Source of the DNA: a virus
DNA length: 41,022 nucleotides
Reading direction: 5' to 3' (one strand)
Virus record (IMG/VR): IMGVR_UViG_3300002772_000001
Span: 1-41,022 of that record
Both the position numbers and the translations under genes were made by a program. Below, piece after piece: positions 11,131-19,457 of this stretch. The notes beneath the pieces were generated by a model, which saw nothing but the letters and a program-made list of their open reading frames with translations, had not been told where the DNA came from and ran no database searches. Within the stretch, counting starts at the first letter, position 1, and each line of letters begins with the position of its first letter.

Positions 11131-11777
11131 CGAGCAACCTGCGTCAATCGCGAGCCGCGCGTGAAGCGCTGGCGCTCGTTGGACAACGCGGCCATCAGAC
11201 GGCCCGCATATTGAGACTTCCAGAGCGGCAGGCGACCGTCTTCACCGATGAATGGGGCTGACTCGGCCAGCGCGGCATAGAGCCACACATCCGGATAGCG
11301 GTTGAACGCAGCGTTCAGCGTGCCGGAAGAAATGTCGGGCGCCTTCTTGTAATACCGGCCAGCGATGACCGTGCCATCTGTCATTGTCGGGAAGAACAAC
11401 AGGTTCAAGCCCTGCTGCGTGTACTTGCGGGCCGATCCGGAGCCGCCGCCCGCCTTGAGCAAGCGCAACTGGCCTTCTTCGGCGACGTAATCCATCGGGT
11501 AATCGCCCGATACCTGCACGCGGATTAGCTCAAGGCAGTCGGTGGGAAGTGGCGCGACGTTGCCAGTGGCCGTGATGGCGAGCGGCGCCTCCATTTCGGC
11601 ACAGCGCAGCGGCGGAAGTACGCTCTGCACGCCGGTCATGCCGTAATAGACAGCCTGCTCGCCCATGCTGATCAGCAGATCCAGCGTGGACTAGCTCAGG
11701 GCGCCAGCATTCGTGTCGTCGCCGTCGATCATCTTCAGCACGGCGGTACGAAAGTCGGTATAGGTCGTGAAGTTCAT
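11127..11777 (-). CDS. Head-tail connector/completion-type hypothetical protein (216 aa; 1 in-frame TAG)
   Basis: ATG 11777 overlaps the upstream TGA. TAG at 11691-11693 (codon 29). The frame continues into ORF 11127-11666. Confidence 0.65.
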
Positions 11778-12067
11778 CAGACACGGCCCCGTGAGACGCG
11801 GAAGCCCGACAGGGCTGGATCGTTCAACATGCGGTTGGCGTGCACGGGGTTACGGATGAACTCCGCAAAGCTGACGCCATTATCGTTGCAGTATTGCTGG
11901 ATGATGATGTCGGGTATCTTGGCAAGCACCCGCATTTCACTATCGCCCGTCAGGCCGGCGCTCTAAAGCGCCCTGCAATGATCGGCAATAGCATGGAGAT
12001 CATCCATGTTGGCTTCGTAGACGTGAGCCTCATGTGTGGCGCTCACTTCCTCGATACGTGCCCGCAT
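11777..12067 (-). CDS. Small hypothetical head protein (96 aa; 1 in-frame TAG)
   Basis: ATG 12067 with AAGGAG 7 nt upstream. TAG at 11963-11965 (codon 35). Stop TGA 11777-11779 overlaps the next ATG. Confidence 0.65.
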
Positions 12068-12078
12068 GTCATCTCCTT

Positions 12079-12111
12079 GAATAAAGAGGGGCCGCTATGC
12101 CAGCCGGCCCC
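12079..12111 (-). terminator. Intrinsic terminator-like hairpin after the capsid gene
   Basis: On the minus strand, a 7-bp GC stem (ggggccg/cggcccc, plus-strand 12088-12094 and 12105-12111) with a 10-nt loop, followed by UCUUUAUUC. Confidence 0.6.
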
Positions 12112-12118
12112 GGGTTCA

Positions 12119-13090
12119 TCAGCTCAGGTCAAGAATCGACGCGAGCGGCTTCTCGTCACGCACCACCAGCGTGACTTCGGTACGAATCTGCCACTGCTTG
12201 GCATCGCCCGTGGTCGCCATCTGCTCCGACTCGAACGGGCGCAACTGACCGAGGGCCAGCTTGTCCGTGTCGATCAGGTAGGCCGAAGCCGTCAAGCCCA
12301 GTCCGCCCGACGCCATCACGCGGTCAGGAACCACCTTCGTGACGCCGAAGTCATGGCCGTAGAAGGTGAACGCGGTGTTCAGCACCAAGCTGCCATCCGC
12401 CTTGCTGGACGGCACGGTCTGCTGCCGGGTCACGTTGCCGGTCAGTGCTGATACCTTCTACTTCTGCGCCGGAGGAACCAGCAGCATGGTCGAGTCACCA
12501 CCATTCTGGTACGCGGCCAGCACCGCAGCCTTCACCAGAACGTCGGAGATGGCACGGGCCGTACCTGCCACCGGAGCCGTGTTGGTGACCGGGTTCGGAG
12601 CCACGCCAGCGCCCGCACCCACGCTGGCGTTCAGCGCAATGAAGCCGTACAGGCCGCGCATCTGGCCTGCAACGCCCGAAGTGCCAGTGACGGCAGCGCC
12701 GTTGCCGATGGCTGCCGCCTCGATGTCGCGACGAAGCTCAACCATCTTCTTCGCTTTCAAGCGATTGATTTCGGACGATCGGCCGTATTTCTTCACCGTC
12801 TCGGCGGTGTTGGACACGCTCAAGGTGTCCTGGAAGATCTGCGTGCGGTTGTTCAGCGGGCCGGGCTGGGTCTGCGCGGCGTAAGCGGCGTCGGCGCCTT
12901 CAATCGCAGCATTCGCGGCGTTGGTGGCGCGGTAGCTGTCACGGGTCCACTCGTGGAACACGTTCGACACCTTGATGCGGTCGATGGCACTGACCAGCGG
13001 GGTGTCCTACGGGTTGAAGTTGTAGATGCGGTCTTCCACATCCTCCGCCACACGGACGATGGACGGGGTAATCAGGGTGTTCGCAGTCAT
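12119..13090 (-). CDS. Major capsid protein (323 aa; 2 in-frame TAG)
   Basis: ATG 13090 with AAGGAAAAG upstream. TAG at 13007-13009 (NFNP[TAG]DTPLVSAI) and 12458-12460 (PPAQK[TAG]KVSALTG). These join ORFs 12458-12970 and 12119-12433. Lies downstream of the scaffold and is followed by a terminator hairpin. Stop TGA. Confidence 0.75.
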
Positions 13091-13099
13091 GTCTTTTCC

Positions 13100-14026
13100 T
13101 TAACCTAGCAAGTTGCCGAGGGATTGAAGGCTCTGTTTCGCATCGAAGCGTTTGAACGCCTCGGACTTGCTCACAGTCGCCCTGTTGGGTTGGTTTGCCG
13201 CCGATGGCTTAGCCACCCTTGGCAGTTGCGCAACGGGCTTGAGCGCGGCTGTTTTAGCCTGCAACTCGTCGTAGGCTTTTGCCTTAGCGGCAATCTCCCA
13301 CAAGCCTTTCTGCACATAACCGATGTCTGCGGTCTTGGGGCTGATGCCAGCCTTGCCAAGATATGCCGCCAGATCGTCGATTGTTTTCTCACCAAAACCC
13401 GGCAGGGTGTCCTTCAGCGCCTTCTCGGTAGCATCGGCTTGCTGAGCAATCCACGCTTGGCGTTGCCGCTGCGTTTCCTGCTGAACATTCGCGATGGCCT
13501 CATGTGCTGCGTTCAACTGGCCCTTGCGTGTTTCGTATTGCTCCTTCTGTGCGATGTACAGCCCCACGTCCTGTGAGGCCAATTCAACAGACGGTGGTGC
13601 GCCGATCTGCGATTCCGCAAACTTGGCGAACGCGTTCAGACGGTCAAGGGTCGCCGTCAACGCCCTTTCATTGTGCTGGCGGTATTCGTCGGCCTGTGCC
13701 TGCAGCGCCTCGACGTGCCTGCGCTCCTCCGCGACAGCCATCGTTTTCTGCGAGTAGTCGAAGCCCTTCTGAGCCAGCTCGATAACCTCGGACTTCTTGA
13801 GCGGAACGTCCTTGCCATCATGCTTAAGCACAATGGTGGCATCGTCGCCCTTGTCGCCCTCGGCCTATTCCTGACCCTCTTCGGTTTCCTCCCGCTCCTC
13901 GGCTTCCTCGCCTTCCTATTCCTGCTCAAGCTCCGGCTCAGCTTCCTGATCCGCGCCGTCCATCAGACCAGCCAGACCCGAAAGCGTATCGCCCTCGGCT
14001 GGCTGCATTTCTGCGTCACCTGCCAT
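13100..14026 (-). CDS. Scaffolding protein (308 aa; 2 in-frame TAG)
   Basis: ATG 14026. Acidic N-terminus with TAG at 13916-13918 (ELEQE[TAG]EGEE) and 13865-13867 (EEGQE[TAG]AEGD). Then a long Q/A/E-rich helical ORF (13100-13831). Sits between portal and capsid. Stop TAA. Confidence 0.7.
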
Positions 14027-14164
14027 GTTGTATACCTCGTTGGTGGAATGAATCTGCGGTGGCCGGCGCTGATCTCCGGCATGATGGCACTACTCCGTTG
14101 CCTCTGACCTAGCCAGCTAGAGAGGGACTTAGCGCATCAGTCGGCGCGTTCACCGCAAAACTTG

Positions 14165-14398
14165 TTACCCGATCGCCGCATTGATGACGTTGATCAGGCT
14201 CGTTACTGCCTCCTCTGGTGTCTTGCCAATTCCGCAGAACTCGCCGCTAGCCTCACCAAGCCGCACCAGGCCGGATTCGTTACCTATTTCAGCGCACCAA
14301 CTCGGCGCGGATTGGTCGCCGTCGAACGATAGGGCGAACTCCTTGTCGCGCGGCTTGATTTCAATGGCAAGTTCAATAAGTTTTGACAGGTTACTCAT
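14165..14398 (-). CDS. Hypothetical protein (77 aa, TAG-free)
   Basis: Complete ORF. ATG 14398 overlaps the upstream TGA (ATGA). Stop TAA. Confidence 0.55.
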   Translation of the reverse strand: MSNLSKLIELAIEIKPRDKEFALSFDGDQSAPSWCAEIGNESGLVRLGEASGEFCGIGKTPEEAVTSLINVINAAIG

Positions 14399-14676
14399 CG
14401 CCGAAACACTCCCTTGAACCGTTCAGCGCGTGATTGCTCAGCCTCGATGGCCTTGCTCTGCATCTTGCCGGTGATCATCGTCTGTTCCAGCACGTCACCA
14501 AGCCGTTTATGGCACTGGATCATGCGCCAGAGGTGATCGCGCTTCGCCTCGTCCGCTTCGATCTGCCAGCGAGCCAGGATTTCATCCTTGAGCTGCGCCA
14601 TCGTCTCGATATAGACGCGGTTTGACAGTACATCGGCGGCGAGTTGACCGCGTTCAAGCTCTTCCTATGGGGTCAT
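14395..14676 (-). CDS. Hypothetical protein (93 aa; TAG at codon 4)
   Basis: ATG 14676 overlaps TGA 14673-14675 of the read-through portal (ATGA). TAG at 14665-14667. The frame continues into ORF 14395-14601. Confidence 0.6.
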
Positions 14677-16904
14677 TCATTCTCGCCCTATTGTTCGCCC
14701 TTCGTGGCGGCCTGCAATTCGGCAATCTGCTGCTGCAACTGCGCAATCTGCTCGTTCTGCTGAGCGTCGATGTCCTTGTGCGCCATATCGTGCGCGGTGG
14801 CGACGCCGTGAATATGCGTGTCGTGCGCTTTGCGCTGAACATCAGCGGCCTTGACCCCGATATTTCCCTGATCGGCCTGCGCCTTGACTCCGAGTGAGGC
14901 CATCGCATGCTGGTGTTTCTGATCCGCCTCACGCGCCCGCTGCTGCAATTCCATCTGCTTGAGGTACGTGTCCGACTGCTGCTGCGCGCTCATCTGCTTG
15001 AGCTGGCCGTTTTCTTGACCGAGTTGTTCCAGCTGCTGCTTGGTCTGCGCCATTTCCTGCTGTTGCTGCTGTTGCTGAGCCTGATACGCCTGCGGGTTCG
15101 GCGGCATACCTGACGGCTGCGGACTAACGAAGCGTTCCGGTTCCTTGAACTCGGCGGCCTGCACGTACAGTTTGACGGTTTCGGCCACCTGAGCTGGCGT
15201 GACGATGCCGAACGGGGCAGCTTGCATCTGCACCTGCATCAGGCCCATGACGCGCGCGGCAAGTTGTTCCTTGCTGCCCGTTCCCAAGCCGACCTTGATC
15301 GTAGTGTTGAACTGGTCTTTCCACTCGGACGGATTCACAGCGACCCACGACCCGTTGACCTGCATCTGTTCGGTCTTGTCCTGGAACTGGATCGCCAGCT
15401 TCAGCATCTTGCTGAAAAGCCCCTTCATGCCGACCGCGAACATGCGCGACATCAGCTCAAGGCGCATGTCTGCCTTTTGCGTGATGATGCTGACGCCGGT
15501 CGCGGTCTTGTTTAGCGAGTTGGCGTCGGTGCCCTGCGAATAGCGCGTGAAGCCGGTGCGGTTCTCTTTCCATCCCTCAAGCCATTCGTTGAACTCGTAG
15601 GCGGGAGCGCCGAGAGCGGGCTGTACGATGGGCTGAATGGCGGTGTTGGCCGGACCGTGGCCGCGCACCGCGCCACCAGGCCGATTCTCCAGCCAGTCGT
15701 CCATGTTCACGCCAGCATCCAGGTTGATGTAGGTCCGCTGATTGACGGACAGCATCATATTGTCTTGGATAGCGCGGATGACGTTGGTGCGCAGCTTCTG
15801 TGGCTGCAACGCCATGTCGGCAGGGCAGTCGCCGAAGAACGCATGCGGACGAGGAATGGGGCATATCCACACGAACGGATGGCCGTCGCACTTTTCGTAC
15901 TCGACCAGCTTCTGCTCGATCATGTGGCAGCACAGCCATTCGGCAATGCCGTCGCCGTCCGCGTCCAGCTTGATATAGACCTCGCTGCACTGATACAGCT
16001 TGTGGCTTTCGTGCGGCTCAACAGCCGTGTAGTCGCTGTTCAGGCCAAGCTAGGCAAGCGTTTCGCTGTCGTAGCGCGAGTTGCTGCCGGCCTGCCCGAT
16101 GTCGGTCAGGTCGTAACCCTCTTCCTCTAGCTCAAACTTTCGCTTCGGGTAGACGTGGGCAATCATCGCCGGATCGTCACCCCAGCGCGCATTCGCATCC
16201 ACGCGCACTTCGTGAGGGGCGCATGCGGCCACCTTCACCGCCATGCGTTTATCTTCCTTCTTGAGCGATACCGTCAGCGTCGGTGCGGCGGGCTGCTGCG
16301 GTAGCGGCTGTCCATCCGGGCCATACTGCGCTGGCATGGTCTGTGACGGCTCAACCTGAGGTTCGTCGTCAAGCTCCCAGCCCGACTACTGAAGCATCGC
16401 CACCTGCTCCTGCGTGATGCCGGAATAGGTAGTTTGCAGATCCTCGAATTCCTCCTCGGCCCACACCTTGACGAAGCCGACCTTCTGGATCAGTGAATCC
16501 TTGAACCAGTCGTACATGATGCCTACACCGTCGTTGCGGGTGTAGAACAGGTAATTAACGTAAGCCGTGGCGAGCTGGGCAACCTGATCCTGATCGGGTC
16601 GGCGCGCCTGGAACTCGACCGCCTCGTCATCCGTCACAAACGGCTTCATGATCTGCGGCAACATCGCCTCGATCGTGTCAGCCACGTCGGTCGCTACGAA
16701 ATCGCTGCGGTCGTCAATCTCTGGCGGGGCTAGTTCGCCAGTAGCTTCGGCGTTGTAATATTCAAGGTTGCGAAGACGCTGCTAGGCAATCTCGGTGCCC
16801 GGACCGCCCATGCTGTTTTCCAGCGCCATGCGGCAGGCAAGCTCGACCTCAGCATCCGTCATCTTGGCGTGCTTGATTGACGCCTTCTTGGACGTGTATG
16901 CCAT
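14673..16904 (-). CDS. Portal protein (743 aa; 4 in-frame TAG)
   Basis: ATG 16904 overlaps the terL TAA. Fragments 16386-16685, 16050-16337 and 14688-15923 share one frame. TAG at 16782, 16386, 16050 and 14688. Motifs RLRNLEYYNAE, DADGDGIAEW and YSQGTDANSLNKTATG, plus a poly-Q coiled-coil tail. Real stop TGA 14673-14675. Confidence 0.85.
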
Positions 16905-18154
16905 TAGCGGGTAAGCCTGCGGTAGCTGATTGGTTGCATATCTTCGTTAACCATCTTGGGCGCCACACTTGCCATGTAGCGGAACATATCGGCGCCGTGA
17001 CTCCACTCGTCGTGGACGGGTGCGCCAGGCTCGCCCGTTGAAACAGGAACGCCGCGCTTGTACCGCTTGAGGCACTGAATCAGCCGCTCGCACTTGAGCT
17101 TGTCGATGTAGAGCTGGCCGAACGCCATGCGTGCCGCCTTAATGCCTGTCTCGACCGGCTGAATCGGAACGATTCCCACATCCCAGCCAAGCTCGCGCAT
17201 GATCTGCTCGGCACTCTTGCCGGTCTTGTAGTCACCGTGGGCGCCGTCGTGAGGTAGCCAGAGACGGCCCCAGTTGAGGTTCTTCTGTTTCAGCTCAGCC
17301 GAACACCAGTCGAGCGTCTTGTGGTCAACCTCGATGTACTTGATCAGCCGAAGCGACGAGATATGCCGCTGGCATAGGCCAATCGCCATCTTGTCGTTCC
17401 AGCCCAAGTCGAAAATGACGTGAACCTTGAGCGCCGGGTCATACGGGAATAGGCCAATGCGCCCCTCTTCCTGCGCCCTGGCAATCTCGTCAGCGTAGAT
17501 CGCGCCAGTCACGGCAGGCTTGCAGCGTCCTTCCCATATGTTGTCGTAGTCAGCCCTTGGTGTCGTGGCGAGCGCGTGTTGCCGCTCAGCCTCAAGCACA
17601 TCAGGGAACCACGGGTTGTCCGCGTAATTGATCTGCACCACCACGGAATCAGGGGGCGGATTCTCGATGAAACGGACGTAGGTTTCGTCGGTGTCCAGCT
17701 CGGGGTTTAGCGTGATGGTGATTCGCGACCCGTCTTTGCGGATCGTCGGGATAAGAATGTCCCACGATCGTTTGCTGATCGCCTGGGCTTCCTCGGCCCA
17801 AACGTCATCAACACCCTCGAACGACTTGATCGACTCGGCGGTCTGGTCGCTTAGGCCGGAAAATAGAAACTCGGTTCCGTTCGCGCCCTTGATGATGTTC
17901 TGCTGGACTTCGTAGAACGCGCCAAGGCCCATGGATTGAATCTGGTCACTCAGGAGCTTGTGCACGGAATCGCGGATGGACTTCTGCACCTCGCGAGTGC
18001 ACAGAAATCGTCTTTTCGACTAAGCGCCCCGGATCAGGTAGGAGCGAGCAACACCCCACGACTTAGCACCACCGCGGCCACCATGCAGGATCGTGTATCG
18101 CTGTGGGCCAAACAAGCACTGCAGCTTGGCGGGGAACTCAATCTGGCTTGACAA
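16904..18154 (-). CDS. terL: Terminase large subunit (about 416 aa; 1 in-frame TAG; start uncertain)
   Basis: Walker A in ILHGGRGGAKSWG, upstream of TAG 18020-18022, then LCTREVQKSIRDSVHKLL and the listed 361-aa ORF with nuclease-domain motifs (WSHGADMFRY). The only in-frame start after the upstream TGA (18158-18160) is TTG 18154. Confidence 0.85.
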
Positions 18155-18404
18155 AGGTCACCGTCAGGCTGGTCTTGAGTGGGTTGTCAGGATCGCCAGA
18201 CACCGTCATCGGCAGAACCTTGCCAACCAGCGTAAGGAACGCGTTCGGGTTGGTCTGCGCCTAGGTCAGCAGATACTTGGCTCCGCCCGCCTTGTCGAGT
18301 GCCGTCAGGATCATGGCCTTTACGTCAGCCGTCACCTTATTCGGTACGCCTTTTGGCCTACCCTTGCCTGCATTTCCCCTATTCGCGCCTACTTTGGGTT
18401 CCAC
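18138..18404 (-). CDS. terS: Terminase small subunit-like protein (88 aa; 1 in-frame TAG)
   Basis: GTG 18404 with GAGGAAAG 4-6 nt upstream. Motif GRPKGVPNK...ALDKAGGAKYLLT[TAG]AQTNPNAFLTLVGKVLP is of the kind seen in small terminases. TAG at 18261-18263. Stop TGA 18138-18140 overlaps terL. Confidence 0.6.
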
Positions 18405-18499
18405 GGACTTTCCTCGGGCTGCTTACGCGTCACCCATCATTGCTACGGATGCTTCTATCTCAGACCACGGTATGTGGCTTCAGTCATCGTCTTCACTGT

Positions 18500-18570
18500 T
18501 GGCGGGGGCGGACGGAATCGAACCGTCATAAGGCGGGTTAGAGCCGCTGTCAGCACCCAAGCGCGCCCCA
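18500..18570 (-). tRNA. Amber-suppressor tRNA, anticodon CUA (reads UAG); Gln/Trp-like acceptor stem, encoded CCA
   Basis: Minus-strand sequence UGGGGCG-CGCUUGGGUGCUGAC-AGCGG-CUCUAAC-CCGCC-UUAU-GACGG-UUCGAUU-CCGUC-CGCCCCC-G-CCA. The T arm is canonical (GGUUCGAUUCC). The anticodon stem has 4 bp plus an A.C pair. The 7-nt loop has U33, CUA (plus-strand 18539-18541) and A37. The acceptor stem has 6 GC pairs plus U1.C72, and the discriminator is G73. The D region is only 15 nt and I could not draw a canonical D stem. Confidence 0.8.
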
Positions 18571-18639
18571 CTAAAGATCGCATCCCAATGGCTGGCAAAT
18601 GTCGCCTGGTCCACGCTGAACGGGCGTGGCGCTGATCCC

Positions 18640-18759
18640 TTACCGTTCATACGGCTTCGGCACAGTCGGCTTAACCGGATTCGTCGTCTTGACCTTGTAC
18701 GTCAGCCAGCTATAGGCGCAGACGATGGCGAGGAGGAGTAGCAGGGCGATGGCGATCAT
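18640..18759 (-). CDS. Small membrane protein (39 aa)
   Basis: ATG 18759 overlaps the Rz1 TGA (ATGA). Sequence MIAIALLLLLAIVCAYSWLTYKV... has one TM segment. Stop TAA 18640-18642. Confidence 0.4.
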   Translation of the reverse strand: MIAIALLLLLAIVCAYSWLTYKVKTTNPVKPTVPKPYER

Positions 18760-19028
18760 GGCTGCAGCCCCTTTATCCTTGCCAGCTTGTCGTTTGAAGC
18801 GCCTAGGCATGCCTTGAGATGTATCGCGTACTCGACCAGTGAGCCGTTCGTCAGCTCGCTAGGCAACGCAACCGTGCAAACCTTTACTAGCTCGGCAGGC
18901 AAGGCAACGTAGACCGGAACCTTGACCTCGACCGTCTCAGTCCTGATTGCCGGTTTCGCGCAAGCGGCCAGCGACAACAGCAGGGACGCGAGTATTAGCC
19001 CACGCTTTGACAGTCGGCTCGCGCTCAT
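18756..19028 (-). CDS. Rz1: o-spanin (Rz1-like outer-membrane lipoprotein, 90 aa)
   Basis: Lipobox LSLAAC after a signal sequence. The start lies inside the 3' end of the i-spanin gene in another frame (overlapped architecture). TAG-free. Confidence 0.7.
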   Translation of the reverse strand: MSASRLSKRGLILASLLLSLAACAKPAIRTETVEVKVPVYVALPAELVKVCTVALPSELTNGSLVEYAIHLKACLGASNDKLARIKGLQP

Positions 19029-19374
19029 AAGTGGCCTGCAATGACTTGATGGACTTCTGTGCGCCGGCTTGGCGCTTGGTATCGCCCTGTGCGCTCAACC
19101 GCGCCTGCTTGTTAGCTTCGGGCTGATTGGCCTTGCACGTTCTGGCCCATTCGGCGTTCGCACCCTGTAGCTTTGCGATCGTTGCCAGATTGGTTTTCTG
19201 CGCACCCGCGAAGGTGCTGACTGCTGACTGCAGCGTGACGGCACTCGCCCGGTAATGCCTGACCTCAACATGCTGGACAGCCGCAACCATCAACAGCAGC
19301 CCAGCCAGTGCGGCAAAGATCGTGGCGCGGATGCCGCCGAGTAGTTCAATCAGGCCCATACGGCGAACCTGCAT
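18937..19374 (-). CDS. Rz: i-spanin (Rz-like; N-terminal TMD plus coiled coil)
   Basis: MQVRRMGLIELLGGIRATIFAALAGLLLMVAAV, then a Q/A/K-rich helical region. Start is ATG 19374 or ATG 19359; the longer listed ORF start is unlikely. TAG-free. Confidence 0.7.
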   Translation of the reverse strand: MQVRRMGLIELLGGIRATIFAALAGLLLMVAAVQHVEVRHYRASAVTLQSAVSTFAGAQKTNLATIAKLQGANAEWARTCKANQPEANKQARLSAQGDTKRQAGAQKSIKSLQATYEREPTVKAWANTRVPAVVAGRLRETGNQD

Positions 19375-19457
19375 ACCGCATAGGCACCGCCGATCAGAAT
19401 CCACAGCTTCGGGTTGAGAATCGTGTAGACGATCCGCTCTTTCCGCGTGTAAATCAT
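19350..19457 (-). CDS. Possible small membrane peptide (35 aa)
   Basis: ATG 19457 overlaps the protease TGA (ATGA). Sequence MIYTRKERIVYTILNPKLWILIGGAYAVCRFAVWA. Stop TGA 19350-19352. Confidence 0.3.
   Translation of the reverse strand: MIYTRKERIVYTILNPKLWILIGGAYAVCRFAVWA

Noticed and set aside
438-18404. Interpreting the fragmented late genes as pseudogenes of a decaying prophage
   Set aside because: All 37 interruptions are TAG. None is TGA or TAA and no frameshift is required. Start-stop couplings and conserved motifs are intact across the breaks, and a cognate CUA tRNA is encoded on the same strand upstream. Random decay would give a mixture of stop types and indels.
18500-18570. Pyrrolysine (TAG to Pyl) system
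   Set aside because: No pylS or pylBCD-like genes are in the window. The tRNA has a canonical GGUUCGAUUCC T loop and a 5-position anticodon stem, unlike tRNA-Pyl. The short D region alone is insufficient evidence.
18611-18630. Hairpin ccacgc-N7-gcgtgg upstream of the tRNA as a terminator
   Set aside because: No U tract follows it on the transcribed (minus) strand. It may at most be a processing or structural element, and this is not supportable from sequence alone.
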